This document shows, in pieces, positions 39,001-54,000 of a stretch of 64,000 nt of DNA. A program made the translations under genes and the position numbers. The notes beneath the pieces were generated by a model. It was not told the DNA's origin. It saw nothing but the letters and a program-made list of their open reading frames with translations, and ran no database searches. Numbering within the stretch: the stretch's first letter is position 1; each line of letters opens with the position of its first letter. This stretch comes from Bugula neritina (taxonomy: Eukaryota; Animalia; Bryozoa), in contig OZ037767.1 of assembly GCA_964035545.1 (NCBI GenBank), positions 1,437,680 to 1,501,679 on the forward strand. The letters run 5' to 3'.

Positions 39001-42000
39001 GCCAATAGTAAAACTGACAAAAGTTGGGTTTAGTGCATAGAAAGTTGTCACATCTCGTGCTAAAGTGCATGCATGATGCATTTCAAGACATAAGAGAGGA
39101 AAATTAACTAGGCTCATTCCTTTAACAATACTAAACAGGGTTAAGTAAAAGTCAACAAATAATCTTACAAATAGAAAGTCATCCACAGAGTAACACAAGA
39201 CATGCTGCTTACTTAGACCTAACCTGAAATATAGTCTGAATATACTCTGAGCAGGTAAACTGCAACAGAGTATGACTCACCTGCAGTAGTTCGATCTTCA
39301 GTCTCAGAAGCTGTGAGAGAGTGAAAACCGTTTAAAGTTGGTACGTACGACTGAGTGTCGGATTGAGTAACAGATGAAGATCTAGAAAATGTTTAGAATA
39401 TTAATTGGTAACTAGCAATTGGCAAAATAAAAAAACTCAAAATTAGTCAAAATAACAACTCACAAAAAGGGTACTTATTTACATTTCCAACAGAAATTAA
39501 AAATAGAGGAAAAAATAAAATGCATAAATTCCAAGCTGCTGTTTTCCTCTCTAATATCATGTTATATAACAATTTCAAGTTTCAATACTAAATATCAAGT
39601 ACCTACACATTTATATTTGCGGTAATAAGATCTAAGGTTTTTTAACTACAGAAAACACAACTTACGGTTTGTTAGCTAAATATTTGTCGTTGCATTTGAT
39701 GGGCAAACTTAGTCTGAGGAATTGAGTTTTAGTCTTAGCTCCTAGAGTACCGTAACTTCTGGAGCCTATCTTTATAGCGGGACAGTTGCTAGAGCTATAA
39801 TTAAACATGAAAACCATCTGATAATCTGATAAATCAGTGATTAGTTAAAGTTTGCTGGCTGCAACTTTGTTCAACACACTTCAAGTTTGCTTCATTCAAA
39901 ATTTTTGTTGACAAAAATCCTACCTTTTCTGCACTCTCGTTACGCTAACGTCAAATAATTCATCACTGGACGGATCAACGAACCGACCTTCACTCCTCAC
40001 GTACCAAAGAGGCATTGGGCGTGTCATGTTTCTGCAAACAATGCAAGTACAGAGAATTAACAATAATCAACTGATTACCAGCAACTAGCTATTAGCAACT
40101 ATTAAGTATAAAGTAAACTATTAACTTGTCAGCATCAACTGGAAAGAAACCAACAAAAAACAACCAAGTAGACATTTTTAGTTTAAACGTTAAACCAAGG
40201 TAAACGCTTGCACGTCAAACATCATTTCCTTGCATCAATCTACAGACGAACACTTGCGTACATCTGCAGATAAACACTTACATACATCTACAGATAAACA
40301 CTTACATACATCTACAGATGAACACTTACATGCAGAATGGCTCATAGCCCTCCTGGAGCCCACAGCAGGTGTAGTATTTAAGGCTATGAGGATCCTGTCC
40401 GTAGTTGATTCTAGCTCTCTGATCAGGACCAAGCATCACTATGGGAACGTATCTATCAGCTGAGATGTCCTTGAACGCTATTTCCTGTCCCGTCATGTCC
40501 ATCATCAGCTCTCCATTCATTGAGAATGTTAAGGTGTGATTGGATAGATCCAGCATGCAGCCGACTATATCTCCCACCTGCCAGGTCTTGCCATATCCTA
40601 TGGCACCACCATGCCACTTTCTAGCCTGAAGTATTGTCATGTCATGTCATTATGACAGATGATGTGTCGCATGTCAGATGAGTCACAAGTAATGATGTAA
40701 TGACGACAGAACAGGTAAATCTGACAAGACCACCAAGCTGCGAGTACATATACAAGTTGGTGTTGATGTAGTACTGGCTTTATAAAAAATTTAAGGCAAA
40801 CCACACTTGAAATCACATTTGACTAACTCTCTTATCTTATAGGTAGAAAAATTATAAAATAACAAACACTAAACCAACGCCATTCACCCGATACTCACCA
40901 CAAACCCGTCAAATACGTAGGCTTCGTTAGACTCTCCAATAGTGTTAACTGGACTACATGACTCTTTAGCCCAGCCCACCCTCATCAGTCCAGCAGTTAA
41001 TATCTCAAACTCAAAGTACCTGTGCATAAAAATAAAACGCTAGAACTACAAATTATGTCATACAAAAATATATTTGGAGACATATTTTAAGACATTAACT
41101 TCAACTATTTCATAAGAAGTATTACTTTTCGTGCATCAACTAACCATTTTCCCGAATTGACAGAGTAGCTTTTGGGGGGTCTTAGAACACGGCATTGTGT
41201 TTTGGCGTCTGCTATTTGCCGCGAAAGGCCTGCAAACATTAAAGGGGGTTAGAAATCATCTCGCAGTAATTAAATATGTAGTAACAGCAGCTAGGGCAAC
41301 GGTAGCAAACCAGAGGGACACGAGTTGTTACTCTCACAAAGTAAATATGTCAGTTTATTCTACGTTAATTATAGAATATATAATTTCAATAGGCCGGGTT
41401 GCTCCTATGTAAAATTTATGGTGGGGTTTAGATTAGAAATTTTCATGAGAAATGTTAGTGTAGAGCTCAAACTGTTTATCAATTTCTTTGACGACTCACT
41501 CACATAAAACACGTGACAGAAAGAAATCTTGGGCTTAACTTAAAGATTTTTATACACCAAGCAAATTTTTATTTGTAGAAACTTATTAACTATTATTAGA
41601 TATTTGTAATGTAAGTTAATGACTAGAACTAAATAAATAAATAGAGCACCATATTGCTGCAAAACAGGTTAAAATACTTGTGCAATTAAAGAGAAACTCA
41701 ACAAATGCAAGAACTTTGATAATTAAGGTGTTAGCATTTTGAAAATAGTGTGAAATGAAAAGAAGTTAGCTACATGATCAGAGACTAAGCTAGAAGCTTT
41801 GTATTTGTTTAAAATGTTTCAACATTGAAAATTAATTAATTATTTTCACTGAAATTTTGACTATTGCAATAATTATTACTAATTACTTAATTCTAAAATT
41901 TGCTTCAACAGAAAACGGGTGTAAAAGAGAAAAACTAAGACCGGTAGAGATTAGTATAAATCTAGTTTTCTACAGACTACATTATTAACAGGACGCTAGT

Positions 42001-45000
42001 AAGCTGTGAAAGGTTTCTGTATAAATAGCCTGAGTTAGATAGTCAGAGGCTACTACTGTTAGAAAGAAAGGGTAAGCGGCACACCTCTCGTACCACCTTG
42101 AGCTTCGGGGTTTGGAGGCTCTACATTGTACCCGTAGGCTAGTAGAGTTCTTATGGTCTCACTCGCTGTTTCTCTGTAAAATAATAAATAACTGTTTGTA
42201 CAGATATTTACTCACAGCATACAACACTACTGTACGACTTGATCACTGTCAGTACAACTCACTGACTATGTGACGGACTGAGTAACTGCATGACTAACTA
42301 AGTACGACTCACTGCCAGTACAACTTACTAATGGCCAGTATGACTCACTGACTATGTGACTGACTGAGTAACTGCATGACTAACTAAGTATGACTCACTG
42401 CCAGTACAACTTACTAATTGCCAGTATGACTCACTGACTATGTGACTGACTGAGTATGACTCTTTTATAGTACAACTCACTGAGTAACTCTATGACTCAC
42501 TGCCAGTATGACTAATTGATTATATGACTGAGTGACTAAATGACTCCGTGAGTGACTCACTGAGTAAGCAGTTGAGTGACAAACTGATTCACTCACTGAT
42601 TCACTCACCTATTCGCCTTCTTGATAGAGGCATCAACCTTAGAGTACGGCACAAGATGGCAGCTTCTCTTATTCTCCGTATCATCACACTGACCGTATGT
42701 CCACCCTTGTCGTATGCGATCCCTGGCCCACACATTGTGTGTGTTCTCTGCTAGCTGATCTACCAGCTCCTCCAGTCTGTCATTCAGTGAGACTCCTGAC
42801 AGGTCTAGAGGCATTGGCTTGTAACCATTGGTCTGCAAATAGCTACAACAACCAATAAGATAGCATCACTGTCTGCAACAACCAATAAGATAGCATTACT
42901 GTCTGCAACAACCAATAAGATAGCATTACTGTCTGCAACAACCAATAAGATAGCATTACTGTCTGCCTAATAGCCAATAAAATAACATTGCTGTTTGCAT
43001 ACAGAAAGTGAAATACAAATTAACTTCATTATAAATATATAAAACAAAGCAATTTTCTCTCTCGAATTTATAACACAAAAAATGCTCAGCACAGTTTTTA
43101 CAAAAATTTAAAAAACACATATAAAAACACACCAACTATACTGTGTGTACATGTATGTATATGTAGAACAGCTATACTGACAGTATGGTATATCACAGTG
43201 ATGAAGGAATAGAATGTAGAACACACAATGTTCAGGTTATATAAAATATAATACCAGAGAAATATTCTATAATACAGCAGGTAGAGTATATAACACAGTA
43301 GGTAGAGTATATAATACAGCAGGTAGAGTACATAATACAGCAGGTAGAGTATATAATACAGCAGGTAGAGTATATAATACAGCAGGTAGAGTATATAATA
43401 CAGTAGGTAGAGTATATAATACAGCAGGTAGAGTATATAATACAGCAGGTAGAGTATATAATACAGCAGGTAGAGTATATAATACAGCAAGTAGAGTTTA
43501 TAAATAATACAGCAGGTAGAGTATATAATACAGCAGGTAGAGTATATAATACAGCAGGTAGAGTATATAATACAGCAGGTAGAGTATATAATACAGCAGG
43601 TAAAGTATATAACACAGCAAACACACACCTGGAAGGTAACTTCTGGTATTTCATTCTGCGAGCTGGGTCAAGGTTATCTACGCTGATGTGATAGCCGAGT
43701 GCTAGAAGAGTTCGGAGAGTCTCAAATGCCAGAGTGATGTCATACTGGCGCTCACTTCCGGGTAACCTCTCAAATGTGGTGAGACAAGGGTGTTTCTTCT
43801 GAATATCGTCTCGGTGCTGCGTGACACAACAGAGATCACAACTCCAAACATTGAATAGCAATAGTATTACATAACTATATTATATGTACATTTAAATTTA
43901 TACAATATATATACTGTACTAATGCAAAGTAGAAAACCACACATGTATAGCACAGTATTGTACAGTAGACAACTCCTAATTTACAAGCATGATAATATCC
44001 AATGTAAATTTAAGTGCATAGCTACAGTGACACAAAGCAAGTATAAACCAAATAAAATGTTAGAAACAAACCTCTTTAAAGGTCCAGCCCTGCTCTATTT
44101 TACCCAAAGCCCAGAGTTCGTGAATATTCTCGGCCAGTTTGTCTCTCACTGACTCAATGTATGACGGCAGTTGAACCTGTTGCAAGTCAAAACTTGTGAA
44201 ATACATGTATGGAGAGTGTGTCTGTGTGTATTATTGGTCAATGAATTAATTGATTTATATATTGATGGGTCATTTGGATAATTACTGGGTCAATCTGTTG
44301 CTATATAAAAATATATTCATTTTATTAAATGAAAAAAATGATCATACGTTTCTTTTTCAGTTTCACTTTACCATGGTATAAGCAGAATACATTGCTGTAA
44401 CTTGATTATAAGTAGTGAGACTAACACAGCTAAGAAAACAAGGCTAATAACTCAAGCCACACAATGTCTAGTAGTGAGTCCATTAATAATAAACATAGCC
44501 TACAGAACTTACATGAGAAGTGTCAATAGGGTTTGGGACGAACACTTGATGCTCCCCAACATACGACGGGCCAAACAGCACGCCTCTATTTACATCTCCC
44601 AAGTTAAAGCATGGCTCAATCTTCAGCTTCTCTTTTGGCAGGAGTGATTCGAAAGTGGGAGCGTAACCCTCGGGTGGACCATGTTTCAATTTGCCGTGTT
44701 CCCCGCCCAACATGAACCGGCAACTTTACAAGTAAAATATATAATATTATACCACTGAAACCATACAACATGTCACATGTATAACATTCAAGTATCTATA
44801 TACAAAAATATTAGCTTAGGAACTGGCAAAAGTCAAGTAGGGACAAAGTCTTTAGCCTGTTTAATAAAAACCCTTTTCATCAGGGGTTCTCACAGGGATG
44901 ACGACTATAAACCGACACACTTTTACTGCATTTCCCATAGAATAAAATGAACAAGGAAACTATAGCGTGTTTTAATACAATAAAACATGCCGCTCACATA

Positions 45001-48000
45001 ACACAGAGACTCAGGTACCTGACTTTAGCCGACATGGACACCACAGGGAAAAACATTCCCGTCATGTTGAAGTCTTTCATAACCGCCTTGAGTCTAAATC
45101 CGTTAAGAGAGAAGCTGATGGCCGGAATACTGAGGTCAAGGCAGCAGCCCACTACATCTCCCTGAAGGAATATCAACAAGTGTGCTGTTACAACACTGTA
45201 CTTAGCCAGCCAATCAGCATCCAGTCTATTTATGTACATTTAATTCAATTCGACTGAATGAATAAGGAAATTGGCTAAAACCCATTTCAACTCAGCAAAC
45301 CAACCTTCTGGAGAATATGAGTTTCTGCGGATCTCACTTGCTTCCTTTTGCCACCTGTCCACAATGCAACGCCGTCAAATGCATACGAATACAAGTCGTC
45401 ACCGAGTCCATTACAACCCCATTTGCTGCCAGTAGCTGGATAAGCCCTGTAACCTTCTATGTTAGCCCAGCCCACTCTGACGTGAGGCGGGGACACGCCC
45501 ACTGCCTCTGTGTGGTCTATCACCACCTCATAATACCACTTCTTGTACATGGCGGCCCCCTCATTGAGACCAATAAATATGTTGGGCCTCATGCTACAAG
45601 GGAAATTCAAATATAGAAACAGGAAAATAATTGTATCTACAAGATTATTCACAGATATTTGAATAAAGGTTATTTACACCTACAAACATAACATTCTTAT
45701 TTTGTTCTAATTACAGTACAAGGTCAACGCATTATAATAACTGTTTTGCGTACATTTGGGGTTATCTAACCTTTTCATCCTATTGTAGACAAGTTCATAA
45801 AAAAATTTTATCACACAACAATCGGGAGTTATCTACCTTCATACTCTCACAAGCTATCCTAAGTTACTACATTACCAAGCAAGTGTATAAAGCTAGTCAT
45901 TTAGCCCCGACTATAAACGTTAGGAGTTGTCCAGCTTTATCGTTGAGCATAAATGCTTTGCCTAAATTGGAGTTATCTAACCTCATCACAGTTCTAATGA
46001 TTTAAGTGAGGAGTTGTCTAACCTTATCACTTTTTGAATAACTAAGTGAGGGGTTGTCTAACCTTATAACTGTATCCACCACTTTAGTCTGCAGCAGGAG
46101 ATCTCTGGAGGGGAGTAAGTTGTTACAGATGAGATTCTGATTGGTCCTCACAGCAATGTCATTCCCAACACAGAGAGAACACAACACCTCAAGCACCTAA
46201 TAAATGCAGGCAAAATGAGGGTAAATATCAATAGTACATATACATGTGTAACTTTACTGGCCGTATCTAATTTATACTACAGCTGGTATACATTACAAAT
46301 TATATATTACATAGTATATATTAAATCTAATATACATATTACATCAAGTACATTTAGTATATAGTATATAATATTTAGCAGTAATTAAAATAAAGTTAAC
46401 GCATCCAGAATATACATCAAGACGAAAAAGTCTGCATTTGTAGCTTTTCTCTAACATTCCAGAAAGCGTCTCATAAATGCAAGTATTTGTATATATTTTA
46501 TTGGATCATACTATTACTATAGTATACAGAAGACTTGATAAGATTAAATTATACTACATAATTAGAGTCTAAAATGTTATCGGTATTCTGTTATATTCTA
46601 TATTAATTTTATATTAGACACAGGGAGTTGCCCCACCTTTGGGTCTCTGCCGTGCTTGTCCAGCAGAGCTATAATACTCTGAATGTGAGGCTCCTTTATC
46701 ATAGTGAGGGCCTCGGGGGAGTCGATGAGTACGCAGTGCAGTACCTTCAGCACCCCCTTACTCGCCTGCTGACTCTGCAGCCTGTCTACCAGCCAATCAA
46801 GTCGCGACACCTGGGCAAACTGAGCACAGTTGGCTCTGTTACCCTGAATCATGGAGGCTGAAACAAACAACATAATCGTTACTCAATTATTCTGATAGAA
46901 AATATGTCCAACACACAGTAAGAAGGAGTTGAGATTTAAGAGACGTTTTTATCAGTTTATTTTTAGAACCACGGGTTGTCTAAAAACACACTTTACTCTG
47001 TTGACACCACTTTACTTCTGGAGCACCTGTATCATGCTGTCACATCTCTCACTATGGCAGCACACAGCAGACATTGCTGTTTAATTAAAAACAACAAAAT
47101 TGAATAACCTAATAAAATCCTACAGTTCAGACTGGCTTTACAAACTTTTGGCTTATATTATAAATATTTCATTCTAAAAATCTAGCATGATGAAACAAAT
47201 AGAAGTATCAAGTTTATAACATTTTCTAGTTTGTGGGCCATGAAACCCACCCAGAAGTAAGTAAAGATAGCTTGAGATCTCTTCATACAGTGTAGCTGCA
47301 TCCTCTCCAGCATAGTTGGCGAAATGACGGGGCGACTTGTACATGCTGAACTGGTCTATGGTATCTAGAACTAGGGCTATCATTCCTTCTTCCTGGAACA
47401 GGTTCTGCCGATTTCTCAGGGCGTGAAGTTTTTTCTGGACATCTTCATAGCCAACTACAATAGAGATTCAGTAAATGAAACTCCCTTGAAGAGAGCACAA
47501 CTTCTAAATTTACTAAGTGCAGTGATGATCAGCACACAGTCAAAGATGTCTATAGAAAGGAAACGTACTGTCAGGGTCAGGTTGAGCAAAGAACTCAATG
47601 AGATCTTGAAGACAGTGAAGTACTTCCTCTAGACTGGCCTTACTCCACGTGTCGGTAGCTCTTTGGTGAGTTCCGCCATCCAACGAGTCTTTGAGACTAG
47701 ACAGGCCTGTAGAGAGTACATAGTACTAGTACTGTATCACCACACTAGTGTATATATAATATAGTATAGTACAAATAATACTAGTTGTATACACTAAAAG
47801 TAGTACTGTGTTGCCACGGTGGTAAATGTGGTGTATGCCAGCGCTAGCAGCGCTGTTACATCGCCACATTAGTAAATATTAGTAGAAGTGTTTCAAAAGT
47901 TAATAAACACAAATTTTAAAACTAACACCTTTTAAGATTGTAAAATTAATTTAAATTATTTAAATGGGAAGAAGCCTTAAATAACCCATACATACTTTAC

Positions 48001-51000
48001 TGGAAATGTTGAAGACATCCAATAGAATTATAACCACAACAAATTAAGACGTAATCTAAATTAATCCAGTGAACCTTTGAGCTGTGCACCAAGTCTAACT
48101 AATGTATACCAGAGTAGAGGGTGAAATGAAACCTAGGGAGTCACAGAAAACCTGTCCAGTACAGTAATACTACAGACTAGTGCAGAAGAGTGAAAGAACC
48201 GCCCATCTACTTTACCCATACATAAACTTTACCTGCTGTTGATTTCTTAAGTACTTGGGCTACAAATTATATTATAGAGCAGCTCAGCTGTGTGCCTCAT
48301 TGTACATTTCACGCTACTTAGTCTATTACCAAACAGAGCCTATCAGATTGAAGGTGACATAACCAGTAACTGTGGGAAGGTACAATAGCATGCATTTCAT
48401 GAGACTAACGTTATTTAGATCTGGTGAATATAGCTAGTGGTTTAGCCAATCCAGTGTATATGTACACATGAATTTGTTAGTTCTACTCCATACATAATCT
48501 AAGTTGAAACTGTTGGATTCATGATATGACATGCTATAAACGTCCAACACAAACTTAAAATTTTTTTCTCTTCCCCCTCTCCTTTTCTCTTTTTTTCTCT
48601 GCTTCTAAACAGAACTGTAAGTGGCTAGCATACAACATTTTCTCGTAAACTTTGAATCAGGTAAGTAAATCTGGTTTGCAGAATCATCAAAAAAGCGCTG
48701 CTTCAACATGAATCAAACTATATTATTATAGGGTAGACAACTCTATATTAATAGAATGATTCCATAAAGAAGATAAATCTTGTAACCCTCAACTATTCAC
48801 CTCAAATAATTAGAGCCTGATTAGTAGCTTCCCATAATGCAATAGTTGCAGACTACCGATTGAATAAACTTATAAAGAAATAATAACAAAATATAAGCAG
48901 AGAGAATTTAGTTTTAAAGAGCCACTTTTATCTTACAATATAATATAATATAATAAGATAATATAATATTAATCCAACAAACAAACCTTCCGTTTTGTAT
49001 AATTTTATACAACTCAACATTTAATATAAAAACGGTACGATGTGTTAGCAATTGGAATGAGCTATTCAGCAACATGCACAGTAATAATATAAATATTAAG
49101 AATACATAGTATAGAGTTGTAGCAACATGTAACAGAATTGTGAGCATGAGCGAGCAAATATTAATTTCCTTAACCAAAAGTATAGCGACTTACACCCACA
49201 ATATAGTGGCAATATGCTTTTGAGATAAACTGTACTATATAGCTCACACATCTCTACAATGTTCATATAAATACATCACATCACTACAAAACTTCTACCA
49301 GTTCACCACTGTGAAATATATAGCTGATTATTTAGTATTAAAAATAATGCTGATAGATTCAGTAGTCTTAGGTTAGATAAGATGTTGGATATACCTCTAG
49401 CAATAAAACATCGGCCTATGATGCATAAAACTCAACTTGTTTTTGACATAAAACACTAAACTTACCTTTAATAAATTTATTGAAAAGGGAAGTACATTTA
49501 CGGATCACAAGTGCCGATCTGGACTCCTCATCCTGAGCTCTCGTAAGTGTCAGTCCGTCATCCATGTGACCTTCCTCTAGCATCACCGACTGCTTCACTT
49601 CAACTTTACCAATACCTAATAAATGGAAAATTACCAATACCTAATAAATGAAAAATAACTACTACCTAATGAATTAGTAAACACCAATACCTAATAAATG
49701 AGTAAACACAAATCTTAAAAAAATTCAGTAAATATTTACTGTATATAGAATAAATATATACATACCACTACTAAAAAATAAGCAAATATTAAAACTTAAT
49801 TAACGAGTAATCACAATACCGAATAACCGATTCAACACTGAAGACTAACCACAAACTCTAAAAATAAAAGGATTATGAGGCAAAATCTACATAAATGTAT
49901 AAACTTCTTGAAAACAAGCCATGTATATTTGCAATAATAAATTAAAATAGAATGAGTAAACGTAACACCTCAAAAATACTATTTACAATAACTAGCCTAC
50001 CTCTCTTTTTGGTCTCGTATGTTTGATAAGATAGCCAGTACCCAGTTGCAGCATGCTGTACAACTACGACTGAGTCACCATATTTAATCTCAGGCTGCCC
50101 CATGCCTTCTTCATCTTCTTCGTGACTTCTCTTATCATCCTAGACACCAAATTAATTGACTAAACCATCAGAATGATGCAACACAAGATTTATTTACAGA
50201 CAAACCATGATAAATTTTATAGAATTGCTAAATAGGAGAGAGTATATCAAATATCACTGCATTTCACCCACCTTACTGTCTCGTAAAATAAAGATAGTAT
50301 CATCATTATTAGATTCTAGTCTGTAGTGAGTCACAAGCCTATGGTCTGAAGTCACACCTAAGAACCTTCCGGAAGTCACGTGTCTAATCCGTACTGGCCG
50401 CCCATAGCCCATAAACCCACCGTACCATTTCACCTTGACATGTTGCATTCTCCACAGAGATCTAGCTTGTGAGCAGACGCCTCCAGTCTCATACATCACA
50501 GATCTATTGTAGAGATCATGCAGCATGTAGCATAGCCTAGTATACAGTATTATTACAGGAGAGAATTTCTGTCTATTTTAAGAAAATATGAATAAGAAAA
50601 AGTTATAATTAATATCATATTCTAATAAGCTATAAAAAACATAACCGTCCCTTAGTCTCTATTTAAACATAATTTCAAGAAATATCTAGTCACCCAAGTA
50701 GTGGTTAAAAGAAAAATATGTAAACCACCATATGATTGGCCAACTATCATTTCAATATGAAAACTATAAAATTATTGGTTGATTTTCAACTCAAACATGT
50801 GAACAGCTCAACGATTGGTTAGAATTTAGATACTAACTCAAACAGATTATCACTGCCAGCCTCAGGCAGAGCAAGGCACTCATCCCCGTGGAAGAAACGG
50901 AGCACGTCTCCTCCAAACACTTGGCCTGCAAAAGTATTTTTGGTTATTAATAATTTTTCACCAAGTTAATGAGTTGCTTCATACTAAATCCTGAATATGC

Positions 51001-54000
51001 AACATAACTTAGCCTGCAAACGAACCGAGAGATTTCTGTCTAAGTGCACCGGATGAGACGGGTACCATAGTCCACAGAGTCTGTTGAAATGAGGCTATGA
51101 CACAAGTTCCATTGCCGATGTGCTACAAAGAATTACCAAGTGTAAAGTATTGTATAACTTTCCACAAAGGGAGCTTGCATCAACACCTCTAGATGTATTC
51201 TTATATAGCACATACATCTTACACACATACATGTGTGCATTATCTCTTGAGTGTTAATATATGTTAAAATTGCCAACTAGGTATGACATGGGAAATTAAA
51301 ATTGCTTTAAATTTCTAGAAAAATTTAAAGCCTTAACTGACAATAAAAAAACAAATTAATAAAAATTGACATTCAAATCTGTTAAAAATGATTGGACATA
51401 ACTTACTAGATATCTCTCAGAGGAAACGCTGACAAGGATGAAGTCATCGCCAACTCTGACCTTCTCACCCTCTGACCTCTGTTTGGATGCCGGGTGTATC
51501 GTCCACCAACATGTCTCCCCTTCGGCTAGAGCTGTCAGCCCGACGTCAAACGCCAACTTGTCATTAGAGGATGAGGTGGTGAGGCAGGATAAGTACTAAA
51601 GAGATCAATACTCGAGTTCAACACCATAGTAACAGTAACCATAGTAACAGTAACAATAGATAATAGCAACAGTATAACAGAAATATAGTGAGACAAATTG
51701 GCCACCTTGCTCTACTTCATTTAGAATAGCAACTTTCTTCAGTTCAGCATATCACTATATTTTAATTATTTTTATTTAAAATTCATAAGTTATCAATTTA
51801 ATATAGCAATACTTTGAATGTATGCATATATTTGGAATAATAGAGGGTAATAGAAAAATAGGCATGTGATATAGGTAAGTAACACAGGTAAGCAGATGCA
51901 GGTAGAGTGTAAATACAGATAAGTAGTACACAGGTAAGTGGTATACAGGTAAGTGGTATACAGGTAATTGGTTCACAGGTAAACATACCATGTCACTGTG
52001 ACAGTGTCTTAATAACACAGCGTGTCCATACAGCAGGGTCCTGCTTCCAGCCTGTGCAGTCTTCAAGAGAAAACATTGTAATTTCATTAGATTTAGTATT
52101 ATTACTGTATTATAATATAATACAGTAAAATATAATGTAATACAGTATAGTATCATACAGTATAATACAATACAGCATAATATAATATAATACAGTATAA
52201 TATAATATAGTATAATACAGTATAATATAATATAATATACTATAGTATTATATATTATAGTATAACATAGTATAATATAATATAATACAGTATAATACAA
52301 TATAGTATAATATAATATAATACAGTATAATACAATATAGTACAATATAATATAATACAGTATAATATAATATAATATAATATAGTATAGTATTATATAT
52401 TATAGTATAACATAGTAACACTCACTGCGTCTGCTTGTGGTGCATTTATCATCTCTTGCAAAGCCCTCACTGACAAAGCTTGTTCCAACATAAAAGAGCA
52501 TATTGAAAGGTCGGGAGGTTCAGGACTCTACAAGTACCAAAAAACCATGACTCTACTTAATAAAGAAGAACTGAGGCTATCTAGTTCATTGGCTAGTCTT
52601 ACCAACAGCTGAAGAACTGGAATTCACATGCTGACTTTAAACAAGTTCTATTATTTTAAAACAGATATGAGCTCGAAAGATGGTAACAGAAAGCTATAGA
52701 GTATATTTAGAAGAATTTAATATCAAAACTACTGCTTTGATTGAAAGATTCTGTGATGAAAATATGTAATAAAATGCCAAGCAAGCAGGTAGCTACTGGA
52801 TACTATAAGAAATCTGCAATCAGCAAACATAACTTAATGTAAATATTTATCCAATTTAATTGAAGTGCAGCTTGCCCTAATATTTCAATATTTGGCTTGC
52901 GGAAAAGTTGCATAAGTTTTAGAATTTATCTCCCTTGCTGTTGGGAACCGTAGCTTATAGCCTTAGTTACTGGAACTGCAACTATTTCATGAAATAGGGG
53001 AGATAACACCACCCTTTCTGTGTTACATATAGATAGTAGATATTACAGAAAGCATAGGTAGTATATGACACAGATGAGTATAACAACTAATCAATTCCAC
53101 TTGGCAAGGCAATGTACATGTAGAGTTGTACAAATAATCTATCGGACAACAAAGTTCACAATGATCTAGTTAAGTGGTAGAGATATAATATTACACAGTA
53201 TACAATAGTGTACTCAGTGTGTACAGAATGCAGCGTATATACTACCTGTTCCTTTCTAACATGAGAAAACAGGTTCCAATGTTATTAAAACGCTGAAAGC
53301 ACCTCAATTTATTAATTTTCATATAAATAAATCAGTGATTCAATGTGCATCAATGTGATAACAACCAGATAAAGTTTCACCACAAATGCCAAATCAAAGC
53401 CAACACACAGCATATGAAAACTGTTAAAATTTTTACTATCAGACGATTAGAATGTGGTAGATTTGATATTGCTGCATCACACTGAGCTGCTTTGCTCTGC
53501 ACTACTAATAATAACTTAACTCAACAAGGATGCTAATTACAGGTAATTACGTAACATTCTGATTACAGTTAATGCTTCATGATTTTTCATACTAAATGAA
53601 AACCCATTTAGTTCCACTGTAATTGAAGCAGCAGGTACTTTAAGCCGGCTGCCGGTCTCACCACCCTTCAAATGCTGCCAACCTTCTATTTTAAGACTAA
53701 TTTTGAATTAGCAATAAGTGACCCTTCTAATTGCTGACCAATGAAACACCAAACTAGTGACAGACTGTTTACACAGTTGTCATGTAAACAGTCACCGTTT
53801 CCATGGCGATAACATAAACAAACTGACCTCTGCCTGCAGAGGTTCTGTGAAGCACTTCCTGTTGCCGAATCCCTCGGCAGCCAGAGCCACTCGTGTGCTG
53901 CCATCTTGAGTGTTTATGTTGCAGCTCAGACAGATGTAGTCGTTCTGAAAGTACAAGTCAGATTACTTACAGTGACATACTTACAGTGACACACTTACAG

